Shown: one piece after another, positions 1 to 9,546 of the stretch
Numbering within the stretch: position 1 is the first letter of the stretch
How the letters are laid out: each line of letters opens with the position of its first letter
NCBI GenBank assembly: GCA_963824565.1
Contig: CAWGQB010000028.1
Span: 66,111 to 130,110, forward strand
DNA from: an uncultured Pseudomonadota bacterium
GTDB lineage: Bacteria > Desulfobacterota > Binatia > Binatales > Binataceae
Reading direction: 5' to 3'
Length of the DNA: 64,000 nt
The notes under the pieces: generated by a model
What the model was told of the DNA's origin: nothing
What the model saw: only the letters and a program-made list of their open reading frames with translations
Database searches by the model: none
Program-made: the position numbers and the translations under genes

Positions 1-195
1 GGATTTTCAGTCACCGCGGCGGGAATGGTCGCGAGCGAGGGCGCGGTGTGGGGCAATCGCGGCACCCGAATTTTCTGCCGGCCCGGCTGCCATGCGTTGG
101 CGCGCGCTGACCGTACGCAGACGATTCTGTTCCGCGACGCCGGCCAGGCGACGGCGGCGGGGATGCGCGCCTGTCGCGTGTGCGGTCCACGATGA
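1..195 (+). CDS. 3' end of a CDS ending in an Ada-type zinc-binding domain (partial, runs off window start)
   Basis: Frame +1 is open from base 1 to TGA at 193-195. Translation ...IFCRPGCHALARADRTQTILFRDAGQATAAGMRACRVCGPR has C-x3-C-x27-C-x2-C, close to the Ada Cys4 Zn site spacing (C-x3-C-x26-C-x2-C). Confidence 0.45.
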   Translation, partial: GFSVTAAGMVASEGAVWGNRGTRIFCRPGCHALARADRTQTILFRDAGQATAAGMRACRVCGPR

Positions 196-217
196 TCGCC
201 TCAACAGAATAGAGGAT

Positions 218-1399
218 TCAGCCCGTCGTCATCCGCAATCCGCGCAGGCGGCGGGCGAACGGCGAACTGTCGTACGTCACGGCCTCATCTGCCACCCGCA
301 GATTCGGAAACCGTTCGAGCAGTGCGGTGATGGCCATTGAGGCCACGAACCTGGCCAGCTCCGCGCCGACGCAGTAATGGATTCCATTGCCGAAGGCCAG
401 GTGATCGTTGGGCTGACGCTGGATGTCGAAGGTATCGGGCGAAGCAAACTGCGCGGGGTCGCGGTTGGCGGCGCCAACCAATACCAAAACAGGGGTCTGC
501 GCTTCAACCGATGCTCCGCCAACCTCAGTTGCGCGGGTGCAGACCCGTATCACGGCCTGGATCGGGGAGTCATATCGCAGCATCTCCTCGATCGCGGTGG
601 GCATTAGAATTGGGTCGTCGCGCAGGACCGCGAGTTGGTCCGGATTGCGCAACAGCGCAAGCATCCCGTTGCCGATCAGGTTGGCAGTGGTCTCGATGCC
701 CAGCACCAGCAGCAAGCCCAAAAACGGCAGCAGCTCGGCGCTATTGAGTTCGGACCCTTGGTCGCGCGTTGCCACCAGAGAGCTGATCAGGCCGCGGTCC
801 GGATGCTGCCGGCGCCAGGCGATCTCCGCGGCAAAGAAGCTTCTTAGCTCGGACGCCGCCTGGAGCGAGGCCGGCGCGAGCGGAGTTCCCGGCGCTAATG
901 CCGCACTCGCGGCGATGGCGTCGGACCAAGCCCTGAGTTGTCCATGATGCTCATTGGGGATGCCGAGGATTTCGGCAATGAGCAGCGTCGGCAACGGACC
1001 CGCGAGATGGCGCATCAGGTCGAAATCGACCCCGCCTGGAATTTGATCGAGCAGCGCGTTGGTCAAAGTACAGATACGCGGGACCATCACGCGGACCCGT
1101 TCAGGCGAGAAAGCACGCGCAGCCAAAGGGCGTAAACGGGAATGAACCGGCGGATCGGAGGTCGCCACGGTTACCGAGTCACCAACCGGATCGATCTCCT
1201 TGAGCGCAGGTATCCCGATGCGGCTATTCGAGAAACCCACGGGATCGTTCAGCACCGCGAGCGCATCCTGGTAACGCGCGACCAAAGCTGCCGGCGACTG
1301 CAGCATCACCGTTTGAGGCGGACCCTCAAGCAGCTGCCGATAATATTTGTACGGATCGGAAAGGAAATCGGGATCGAATAGATTGAGCAGCGGCGCCAT
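218..1399 (-). CDS. cytochrome P450 monooxygenase
   Basis: 393-aa ORF. Heme-ligand motif FGNGIHYCVGAELA (FxxGxHxCxG), I-helix LGIETT, EMLRYD (ExxR). Confidence 0.9.
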   Translation of the reverse strand: MAPLLNLFDPDFLSDPYKYYRQLLEGPPQTVMLQSPAALVARYQDALAVLNDPVGFSNSRIGIPALKEIDPVGDSVTVATSDPPVHSRLRPLAARAFSPERVRVMVPRICTLTNALLDQIPGGVDFDLMRHLAGPLPTLLIAEILGIPNEHHGQLRAWSDAIAASAALAPGTPLAPASLQAASELRSFFAAEIAWRRQHPDRGLISSLVATRDQGSELNSAELLPFLGLLLVLGIETTANLIGNGMLALLRNPDQLAVLRDDPILMPTAIEEMLRYDSPIQAVIRVCTRATEVGGASVEAQTPVLVLVGAANRDPAQFASPDTFDIQRQPNDHLAFGNGIHYCVGAELARFVASMAITALLERFPNLRVADEAVTYDSSPFARRLRGLRMTTG

Positions 1400-1489
1400 C
1401 TTCCCCCCAAAGAGCGCTCAGAGCCATCGGCTCACCTGCTCATATTGTGAAGCATCGAACCGGGCTTGGAAAGCTCGGCGACGGCACGC

Positions 1490-2212
1490 TCAGGCCGCGT
1501 CGTGAAAAATGATCCCCAAAGTGTACCTGGCGCCCTGGCGCAGCGTGCTGACGCCGTGACGCATCCTGGCGCGGTAATAACCGCGGGCACCATGGATCGG
1601 CCGGAAGCTGGAGGGAAAGATTACGGCCTCGCCAATTTCCAGGCTAATCGCGGAGCATCGCGCCTGCGCCCGGGGCCGGTCTTCAATCAATAGAAATTCT
1701 CCGCCGGTGTAATCGATCTCGCGCACGCTCAACGCCACGGTAATCTGGAGTGGAAAAATCACCTCGCCATAGATGTCCTGGTGCATGCAGTTGTAGCCGC
1801 CCGCCTCGTAGCGCAGCATCAGCGGCGTCGGCTTGCTTTGACCGCGGCTGGCGCAGTAGCGCAGGAACTCCGCCAGCTCCGTAGGCAGCGACTCCGACGA
1901 TGCGTCGAGCGTATGACGCCAGCGGTTCGCGATCGTCGCCAGGCGCGGATAGCAGGCCGCCCGCAAATCCTCGACCAGAGGCGGCAGCGGAGCGGCGAAG
2001 TATTTGTATTCGCCGACTCCGAAGCGCAACCGGGTCATGTCGACTTTTTTGCGGAAGCGGTCGCGGTTGGGGTACAGGCTGATTAACGACGCGCACTGGC
2101 GGGCGGTCAGAATCGGCAGAGTGGTCGCGTAGCCATGCTCGTCCAGCGACCGTTCAATCAGCTCCCAGTCAAGCTGTTCGATCCGGCGCCGCAGGTCGAT
2201 TGCCGCCGTCAT
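1490..2212 (-). CDS. 2OG-Fe(II) oxygenase family protein (COG3826 / proline-hydroxylase-like)
   Basis: 240-aa ORF. HQD...H facial-triad context (NCMHQDIYGE ... RMRHGVS), typical length and N-terminus for this family. Its start overlaps the stop of the upstream gene by 4 nt. Confidence 0.7.
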   Translation of the reverse strand: MTAAIDLRRRIEQLDWELIERSLDEHGYATTLPILTARQCASLISLYPNRDRFRKKVDMTRLRFGVGEYKYFAAPLPPLVEDLRAACYPRLATIANRWRHTLDASSESLPTELAEFLRYCASRGQSKPTPLMLRYEAGGYNCMHQDIYGEVIFPLQITVALSVREIDYTGGEFLLIEDRPRAQARCSAISLEIGEAVIFPSSFRPIHGARGYYRARMRHGVSTLRQGARYTLGIIFHDAA

Positions 2213-3252
2213 AGCTCATGGTTCGTTTGCAGGCCGGTCGCCAAGGCCCGCCGGATTCCCTCGACATTGTCCAGCATGCCCTGAGGCAGATTGAGCGTCC
2301 CCGCCACGTTGGAGTACGGAAACCGGCGCACATTTAGATGAGCGTGCAGCGGCAGTCCTTCGGCCTGATGGATTTCGTAGTCCAGCGGGACCGGACCGAG
2401 AAATCGCAGGATACGATGCATCGCGCGCGCGAAGAGCTCGAGGCCCGCGCTGTCCAACTGATTAAGCAAGCCGCGATGCTCGGGCATCACGACATCGTAG
2501 CTGCGCGGAAAGGCGCCGATCGGGCTGGCATAGCTGACCACTCGCGGATCGCTATCGATAATCAGGCCCATATGGCCGACCAGTGCGATCAGTTCCTCCC
2601 ACAGGCGCGGATCGGATTGTCCGGCGCGGACCTCGGCGTCGACGATGGGCAGGCATACGGGAGATCCGATGATCTGCTGATGGATGTGCGGCTGCGAGGC
2701 GCCCGACTCCCGCCCCTGGTTTTTGCGAATCACCACCGATTGCACGGCGGGGTTATCCAACGATCGGGTTACGACTTCCGCGCTCGCCTGCAGCAGGCGG
2801 CAGAAATGAGGCTCGCTGAGTGCGCCGGTAAACAGGAGATCGGCTGGTGTTCGCGCGCGGGCAAGAAAATGGCGCGAATCTTCGACCACCAAATAGGACT
2901 CGTTGCGGCCGCCGGTCAGCGCGCTCGGAATCCGCGGAAACAGATTATTGAAGATTCGAATCGCCCATGGACTTGACGGATCGCCGTCCCAACCCGCAAC
3001 CTCATCCGGCCTGAGCCGAAGCAACTCGGCAGGGGCTTTTGATTCGTTGCCGGGACAAAAAGGGCAGGTGACCTTGGCCCGCTCCATCTGTTCGTGATCG
3101 GAATGACTGGCTGGCGGCGGCGCCAGATCACGGGCTCCGAGGGTAAAGGCAAAGCTTTTGTCGCGCAGGTCAACCACATAGGAGATAACCCCTGTGAACG
3201 GGTTCCTGATCCAGACCAGGGCGCCGTCATGCAACTTGTGTTCAATCGGCAT
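2209..3252 (-). CDS. GalT-like HIT-superfamily nucleotidyltransferase/phosphorylase (DUF4921-like)
   Basis: 347-aa ORF. CPFCPGNE zinc knuckle and SQPHIHQQI (HxHxQ) active-site motif, as in galactose-1-phosphate uridylyltransferase-type enzymes. Confidence 0.7.
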   Translation of the reverse strand: MPIEHKLHDGALVWIRNPFTGVISYVVDLRDKSFAFTLGARDLAPPPASHSDHEQMERAKVTCPFCPGNESKAPAELLRLRPDEVAGWDGDPSSPWAIRIFNNLFPRIPSALTGGRNESYLVVEDSRHFLARARTPADLLFTGALSEPHFCRLLQASAEVVTRSLDNPAVQSVVIRKNQGRESGASQPHIHQQIIGSPVCLPIVDAEVRAGQSDPRLWEELIALVGHMGLIIDSDPRVVSYASPIGAFPRSYDVVMPEHRGLLNQLDSAGLELFARAMHRILRFLGPVPLDYEIHQAEGLPLHAHLNVRRFPYSNVAGTLNLPQGMLDNVEGIRRALATGLQTNHEL

Positions 3253-3578
3253 GTGGGTACCGGATCATTTTTAGGCATCGGCGCGGGTTCGATTCAACGA
3301 GTCGCGGCAGCGGCTCGCGGGCCGGAAGGCGCCGGATTTCCACAAATAGGAATAGGAAACGGAGTTTATGGGGAGGATGAAGGGGCTCTCAAGAAACAAG
3401 ATTTGGGAGCACCAACCCTCCCAGCTTGCGGGCGGTGGCAGTGTTCCGCGAACCTGTTTCTGGCACGATGCGCCACGAATCCTCGCGTAACCCGCTGGAA
3501 CGGATACTCCCCGTTGAAAGCCTTGCTACGGAGCCACGGTTCGCGAGGAAGGGCGATGCTGGATATCGGCGCAACGCT

Positions 3579-4053
3579 TACTTCTTTTCGGCGTTTTGCT
3601 TGCCGGTCTCAACCTCGATCGGGACTTTGCGGGTGGCCGATTCCTTGGGGATGGGGATCGTTAACTCGAGCACCCCATTTTGATACGAGGCCCGGATGTC
3701 TTCGGTATTTGATTCCTTTGGGCAGGGTCACGGTGCGCTCGAAATTGCCATAGCTGACCTCGCGGTGCAGGAAATCGCGGCCTTTCTGCTCCCCACGAGC
3801 CTGTCGCGCACCGCGGACCGTCAGGGTGTCGCCGGTAACGCTGACCTCGACGTTGTCGGGGTCGACACCCGGAAGGTCGGCACGGACGATCATTTTGCCC
3901 TCTTCGACAAAGGACTCAATTTTGGGTCCAGCGGTGGACGGCCAGGCGGTGGAAAGCACCTCCACCAAAGAAGCGATCGAACAGATCGTCGAAATCACGC
4001 CGGAAGCGTTCCAATTCGCGGAAAGGCGACCATTGCTGCGGATCTTTTGCCAT
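3579..4053 (-). pseudogene. Hsp20/alpha-crystallin small heat-shock protein, reading frame broken twice
   Basis: Three frame pieces. N-terminus MAKDPQQWSPFRELERFRRDFDDLFDRFFGG (ORF 3916..4125). Core FVEEGKMIVRADLPGVDPDNVEVSVTGDTLTVRG...SYGNFERTVTLP (ORF 3609..3998). C-terminus NTEDIRASYQNGVLELTIPIPKESATRKVPIEVETGKQNAEKK* is only readable after a shift at the ttt run 3708-3710. AAAGGAG RBS 8 nt before the ATG at 4053. Confidence 0.8.
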
Positions 4054-4246
4054 TGTCGGCGAGCTCCTTTGGAATGCTGTAGTTACCACGAAGTTAAGCA
4101 TCCCCGGAGCATTGACAAGATGCACGGTGACCTCGATTTGGCTGTCACTACCGCACCGCCAAAACCGGGCAAACCCTCAACGCTCCCCGTTATCAGGGAG
4201 GATACGCATAGTTGGGGCAGGCGACGATGGCCGAGGAAGCGCAGGC

Positions 4247-4681
4247 TTACTTAAGGCCCACCAGATAAAGCGCCAGCGCGACGAACAGCATCACCGCCGC
4301 CGTGGTGAACCATCCGTTGCGCCGGGCGCCGGGCTCGTCGACCACCTCTGGCGGTGGATCCGCGAAGCGTTCCACCGGCTGCACTACCCGCATAAAACGC
4401 GCCGACAATGCGCCCGCATCAAGGCCGAGGAAATCAGCGTAAGTGCGCACGAAGGGCAACAGGTACAACTCGTCGGCAATGCCCGAGTAGTCGTTGGCTT
4501 CGAGCATGGTCAGATATTGGCCAGGCACATGAATCCGCTCCGAGACCTCCCGGAGCGTCATCTCCCGCGCCTCCCGAGCTGAGCGTAAAATCACGCCCAA
4601 GCTCCGGGTGCGCGTCACCTCGCCGCTTGAATCGCCATTCGTCTGCTCATGCGGCAGATCGTTCATTGACATCTGCTTCAC
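4247..4681 (-). CDS. helix-turn-helix (XRE/RodZ-like) protein with C-terminal membrane anchor
   Basis: 144-aa ORF. HTH region LRSAREAREMTLREVSERIHVPGQYLTMLE, followed by hydrophobic WFTTAAVMLFVALALYLVGL. Confidence 0.6.
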   Translation of the reverse strand: MKQMSMNDLPHEQTNGDSSGEVTRTRSLGVILRSAREAREMTLREVSERIHVPGQYLTMLEANDYSGIADELYLLPFVRTYADFLGLDAGALSARFMRVVQPVERFADPPPEVVDEPGARRNGWFTTAAVMLFVALALYLVGLK

Positions 4682-4901
4682 CAGTAATAGCGTAGTGCTT
4701 ACAGACCACCAGTGCTGCTGATTTTGATCAAAATTTTGAGGGACAAAAGATCGGATCTATCTCTTCCGCCGCCTCCTCAGCCTCCCAACAATCACCCCAA
4801 ACGCGCTAGCTCCACCGGCATTCTACGTCGGTGCGGTAAATTATTGACATAGCCACACAAGAATGTCCAAAGTTTTAGAGGCGCAATTCGCGCTCTATTT
4901 G

Positions 4902-6650
4902 TTAACAATTGTTGAAACCCGGCAGGTTGATAATCGCGAGCTTCTTGCCTTCCGACCCGATCTGGTCGCGGCGGCGGCGTGAGCGTCGGGCCGAGGATCC
5001 GGAAATCGCGCTGGTTGATCACCAGAATTACGCACTTGCCCGACCCCCACACCGAGCGCAGGTCGTCATCAGTGCCGATAAACGCCGCTGCCGCATCCGC
5101 GCTCGACCCCCAGGGCGCCAGTTCTCCGCGATAGCCACCAGGACTTCACGCCAACCGGTATAGAAAGGCAACGCCTGGACATGATGGTGGTAGGAAGCCA
5201 TCACGCAGCCGGACGCAACTCGCGCGCGATCGCGCGCGCCAATTCGCGGTAGGAGTCCAGTGCGGCGGCGTCTTCGCGCGCTTTTGCCATGGTGCCAAGA
5301 GTTACGATCATGCCCAGCGCAATCGCGCCTGCGACCGCCGGCACGCGGCGCGTTGCGCGCCAGAGCAGGCTTGCCGCGACGGTGCCGGCGGCCATCGCGC
5401 CGACGCCGATAAGCAGATCCAGACGCAGCGCCGGCAGCGCGCGCAATTCCTTGATGTGAGGCGCAATCAGCAAGGCCGTAATCGCAATCACGATATTGAG
5501 GGATGCCAGAATTCCCAGCATCCGCGCCACCCGCCGCGGATCGATTCGCGGCAGCAGGCTCAGTCCGTAACCGGCCAAGATCGCGGCGGCCGGTATGCCC
5601 GGAAGAATGTAGGAACCCAGTTTGGAGCGCGGGATGGAGAAGAACACAAAGACCACCGCGAACCAGATCAGCGACAAAGCGCAGAGCACTCCTGGGTCGT
5701 CAGTGGGAGCGCGGCTCACTTCTGGTTCGGATGGCGGCAGCGAAAGCTCGACGCGATTGGGATCCTGAATAGTGTAGGGCCACACCAGCGCCCGGATTGC
5801 GAGCGGCGCGAAGCATATCCACGGCCACATGCCGGCGATAACAACCACGACGAAGAAGTACGGCCCCCACGCATGTTCGGTGCTCACGGCATAGCGCTGC
5901 AGATGTTCGTGGATAAGGAAAAAACGCAGGAATCCGGCATTACGCCATGCCACCAGCGCGAACCATGGAACCGTGATGGCCGCGAAAATCAGGCCGCATC
6001 CAAGCCAAGGCACTTGGGCCAGCTCCCGGCCCCGTCTTTCAATCAGCAGATAGACTGCGCCCACCCCGCCGCTCAGCACTAATGCCACCGGGCCCTTGGT
6101 CAACGTGCCCAGCGCGGCGCAAACCGCCGCCAGGTAGAGCCATTTCCAGCCCGCGGAGACCGGAGGGTTTGCGGATCGCGATGTAAACGCACGCCAACGT
6201 CGCCGTGACGAACATCGCGAGTACCGGATCCAGTGTCAGGAACCGGCCGAAGCCAAAGAACAGCGGGCTGAGCGCCAGGCATAGCGCCGCGGCGGCGCCG
6301 GCCGCGGGCCCGAACATGACTTCGGCCAAAAGCTGGGTGAGGACAATCTGAACGATGCTGGCGATTGCAATCGGGAGGCGCACTGCGGTTTCGTTGTGTC
6401 CGAGCAGGCGAATGGTGGTGGCGGTGATCCAGTAAACCAGCGGCGGCTTTTCGAAATAACGCACCCAGTCGTCGCGCGGGGTTACATAGTCGCCGCTGGC
6501 CACCATTTCGCGCGCGATTTCGGCGTAGCGGCCCTCATCGGGCTCCCATAGAGCCGGCGTTCCAAGGCGTGGCAGGTAGATCAGGCAGGCAATTGTGAAG
6601 CACACCGCCACCCGAGCCGATCGGCTGTTCCACCAGGTCACGACGCCCAA
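4902..6650 (-). pseudogene. ArnT/PMT-like (GT39/GT83) polyprenyl-phosphate-sugar-dependent glycosyltransferase, copy 1, at least 4 frameshifts
   Basis: N-terminus LWEPDEGRYAEIAREMVASGDYVTPRDDWVRYFEKPPLVYW (ORF 6039..6650). Mid part is ORF 5201..6103. The C-terminus continues in other frames: CVMASYHHHVQALPFYTGWREVLVAI..., then GSSADAAAAFIGTDDDLRSVWGSGKCVILVINQRDFRILG..., then IRSEGKKLAIINLPGFNNC*. This parallels the C-terminus of copy 2 (DYHRYPQAIPFYTHRRVLVAG...). Confidence 0.8.
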
Positions 6651-6752
6651 GTTTCTAGGCGGACGAGAGAACAGTCAATCGAATACAGATGATTAAAACA
6701 GTCATCGAATCGCACTGCGTTTGGGGATAAACTGGCTGGCAGTCCAAGACTG

Positions 6753-7019
6753 TTGACGGACATTTCTATGAGAGAAATCGGCGCCTTCGAAGCAAAAACC
6801 AAGCTCAGCGACCTGCTCGATCTGGTCGAGGCGGGCGAGGAGATCCTGATCATCAGGCACGGTAAAGCCGTCGCCAAGCTAACCCCAAACACGGGCGCGA
6901 CGGATGTCGCTAAAGCACGTGCTGCCGCTTCGCGCATTCGCGAACGCGCGGCGATGCTCAAGTTCGGCAAATTCGACTGGCCCGAGTGGAAAGCTTACAG
7001 AGACCAAGGCCGGAAATGA
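6753..7019 (+). CDS. Phd/YefM-family type II antitoxin
   Basis: 88-aa ORF (likely ATG at 6768). MREIGAFEAKTKLSDLLDLVEAGEEILIIRHGKAVAKLTP is typical Phd/YefM. Its stop overlaps the VapC start (ATGA). Confidence 0.8.
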   Translation: MTDISMREIGAFEAKTKLSDLLDLVEAGEEILIIRHGKAVAKLTPNTGATDVAKARAAASRIRERAAMLKFGKFDWPEWKAYRDQGRK

Positions 7020-7429
7020 GCTTGGTACTCGATAGCTCGCTCACTCTCGCTTGGCTTTACAGCGACGAAACAACGGATGCAGTACAAGGCGTGATGGATC
7101 TCGTCATCGGCTCAAGGGCCTATGTTCCCGCAATCTGGCGGCTCGAGGTGGCCAACAGCCTGCAAACTGGCGTTCGCCGCGGCCGGATCGATGAGGTTTT
7201 CCGGGACGCATCGCTCGCGGACCTCGCGCTCATGGATATAACGACCGATACCGAAACTGACACCTACGCTTGGAATACCACATTGCGCCTGGTTGAGCGT
7301 TTCAAGCTGACCGTTTACGACGCCGCATATCTCGAATTAGCGCAGCGCCGTATCCTGCCGCTCGCATCGCTTGACGAGGATTTACGCGCCGCTGCCGCTG
7401 CGCTAGGGATCACCCTGCTGCGCACCTGA
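7016..7429 (+). CDS. vapC: PIN-domain ribonuclease toxin VapC
   Basis: The ATG at 7016 overlaps the antitoxin stop. MSLVLDSSLTLAWL... (first acidic residue) and ...TVYDAAYLELA (PIN signature). Confidence 0.8.
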   Translation: MSLVLDSSLTLAWLYSDETTDAVQGVMDLVIGSRAYVPAIWRLEVANSLQTGVRRGRIDEVFRDASLADLALMDITTDTETDTYAWNTTLRLVERFKLTVYDAAYLELAQRRILPLASLDEDLRAAAAALGITLLRT

Positions 7430-7574
7430 ACGGCACCAATCGCGGCTCGAGGAGGGGATTTCGATGTGAGGTCGCCACCTTTAATTAGCGCTGAAGCTCT
7501 GCCACAATGCCGGGATTGCTTGTTCGAGAACTTTCGGTGGCATCCAGTCCGACTAAATTAAGCCTGCCGTCCAG

Positions 7575-8558
7575 ATGGTGACGGCGATCCAAAGCCCCCA
7601 AGATCCGGTCAAAAAGGAACCGATCAAATCGGTTTCGATCGTCGTACCGGTCTATAACGAAGCGGCCAACCTCGATGCTTTGTGGGAGCGTTTGAGCCTG
7701 ATCGCCGCCGGTCTGCCCGATTGGGAGGTGCTTTTCGTAGACGACGGTTCCAGCGACAACTCGCTGGCGATGCTGAAGGAAATCGGCGCCGCCAACAGCC
7801 GGGTACGGGTGGTGGAGCTGGCCCGCAATTTCGGCCAGCACGCCGCGATTATGGCCGGGTTCCGCGAATGTCGCGGCGACGTAATCGTCACCCTCGATGC
7901 CGACCTGCAGAATCCACCTGAAGAAATTCCGCGCCTGCTGGAAGCGATTGAAGCCGGCAACGACGTGGTCGGCGGATGGCGCGCGGAGCGCCAGGATCAG
8001 GTCTATCGGAGGCTGGCCTCGCGTCTGCACAACCGCGTCACTTCGTTGATTGTCGGCGTTCCGATGCATGATTACGGCTGCATGCTGCGGGCCTACCGGC
8101 GCCATATCATCAATACCGTCGTCGCCTGCGACGAAAAGGCGGCCTTCATCCCGGCGCTGGCCAACAGCTTTGCCAAGAAGGTTGCGGAAATTGAAGTCGG
8201 TCACGACGAGCGTGCCGGCGGCGAGTCGAAATACAACCTGCTGCGCCTGGCGCAGCTGAGCCTCAATCTGATCACCGGCTTTTCGCTGCTACCGATTCAG
8301 ATCCTGAGCATTACCGGGATTTTAATCGCACTGCTCGATATCGCGTTCGCCGGCGTCCTGCTGGGACATCGGCTGATCTTTGGTCCGCAGCAGGAAGGCG
8401 CGATGTGGACCCTGTTTGCCGTGCTGTTCTTCTTCGTCGGCTTGCTGTTCCTTGCCTTGGGCCTGATTGGCGAGTACGTCGGCCGCATTTATCTTGAAGT
8501 CCGCCGTCGTCCGACTTACCTGGTGCGAGCCGTCCATGACGGCCGTCCCGCGGACTGA
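7575..8558 (+). CDS. GT2 polyprenyl-phosphate sugar transferase, ArnC-like
   Basis: 327-aa ORF. VSIVVPVYNEAANL, DDGSSDNS, TLDADLQNPPEEI (DXD), two C-terminal TM segments. Matches ArnC / dolichol-P-sugar synthase architecture. Confidence 0.85.
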   Translation: MVTAIQSPQDPVKKEPIKSVSIVVPVYNEAANLDALWERLSLIAAGLPDWEVLFVDDGSSDNSLAMLKEIGAANSRVRVVELARNFGQHAAIMAGFRECRGDVIVTLDADLQNPPEEIPRLLEAIEAGNDVVGGWRAERQDQVYRRLASRLHNRVTSLIVGVPMHDYGCMLRAYRRHIINTVVACDEKAAFIPALANSFAKKVAEIEVGHDERAGGESKYNLLRLAQLSLNLITGFSLLPIQILSITGILIALLDIAFAGVLLGHRLIFGPQQEGAMWTLFAVLFFFVGLLFLALGLIGEYVGRIYLEVRRRPTYLVRAVHDGRPAD

Positions 8559-8575
8559 AGCAGGCGGATTACTCC

Positions 8576-9523
8576 TTGTCCGAGCCTTCTTCAGCCGCAG
8601 TCAACCAGACCCCGTGTGTCGTGTTCGGCTACCACGACCTGGGCTATGCCTGCATCGAAGCTCTGCTCGCGCAGGGCGCCCCGATACTCGCATTGTTTAC
8701 GCATAGGGATGACCCTGGCGAGGAAGTCTGGTGGCGTTCCTGCGCGCAGCTTGCGGCCCATCACGGTATCCCGGTTTACACCGACGAGGAGTTGGGCGCG
8801 GCTTGGGTCGGGAAGCTCAGTTCCTGGCATCCGGCGATCCTCTACTCGTTCAACTATCGCCGCCTGCTCGGGCAGCAGATCCTGGATTGCGCATCGATTG
8901 GCGCCTTTAATCTTCATCCGTCGAAGTTGCCGGCCTATCGCGGCCGCGCGCCGATTAACTGGGTGCTCGTTAACGGCGAGCGCGAAACCGGCGTGACCCT
9001 GCATTACATGGTGGCGCGCGCCGACGCTGGCGATATCGTCGGCCAGGAAACCGCCGCGATCGACGATAGCGACACCGCGCTGAGCCTGTATCGTAAACTG
9101 ACCCCGCTGGCGGCCAGGCTGATTTACCGCTTTCATCCTCTGATCGTCAGCGGACGCGCCCCCCGCGTCAGGCAAGATCTGAACGCCGGCAGTTATTTCG
9201 GGCGCCGCACTCCTGCCGATGGCCGCATCGACTGGAAGTGGCCAGCCCGGCGTATCTTCAACCTGGTCCGCGCCGTGACCCATCCATACCCGGGCGCGTT
9301 CTGTGAAGTCGGGGGCCGCAAGATGTTCGTCTGGGAAGCGTCAATCGGCGCCGAAGACGGCGATCTGGGCGAGCCAGGTGATATTCTCTCGCGCTCAGAA
9401 CCCAAAGGGGTCGAGATTGCAGCCGGCACGGGAAGCGTTATCATCAGCCGGGTACAATTCGAGAGGGACGAAGAGACATCGGCGCGCGAGGTCTTCGATG
9501 ATCCTCCCTCATTGAAGCAATAA
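8576..9523 (+). CDS. formyltransferase, ArnA N-terminal-domain-like
   Basis: 315-aa ORF. FNLHPSKLPAYRGRAPINWVLVNGERETGVTLHYM (formyl-transferase core) plus a C-terminal Fmt-like domain. Confidence 0.8.
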   Translation: MSEPSSAAVNQTPCVVFGYHDLGYACIEALLAQGAPILALFTHRDDPGEEVWWRSCAQLAAHHGIPVYTDEELGAAWVGKLSSWHPAILYSFNYRRLLGQQILDCASIGAFNLHPSKLPAYRGRAPINWVLVNGERETGVTLHYMVARADAGDIVGQETAAIDDSDTALSLYRKLTPLAARLIYRFHPLIVSGRAPRVRQDLNAGSYFGRRTPADGRIDWKWPARRIFNLVRAVTHPYPGAFCEVGGRKMFVWEASIGAEDGDLGEPGDILSRSEPKGVEIAAGTGSVIISRVQFERDEETSAREVFDDPPSLKQ

Positions 9524-9546
9524 GGAAACTCATTTAGTTAAAACGC

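Noticed and set aside
3281-3300. GGTTCGATTC, a tRNA T-loop-like string in the hsp20/GalT-like intergenic region.
   Set aside because: The flanking bases do not form a T-stem, and no acceptor or anticodon arms can be drawn. I found no tRNA in the window.
4054-4125. Heat-shock promoter (sigma-32, CIRCE or ROSE) upstream of hsp20.
   Set aside because: A TTGTCA hexamer is present, but there is no convincing -10, sigma-32 consensus or CIRCE inverted repeat. Only the RBS is clear.
7485-8204. Long antisense or alternate-frame ORFs opposite well-supported genes. Examples: 7485..8204, 9538..10545, 21449..22540, 42152..43108, 44230..45612, 47147..47872, 49428..50546, 52144..53598, 53647..54264, 29741..30895.
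   Set aside because: They overlap genes with clear catalytic motifs. Their translations are Arg/Ala/Gly/Pro-rich low-complexity sequence, typical of shadow ORFs in high-GC DNA, and contain no recognisable motifs.
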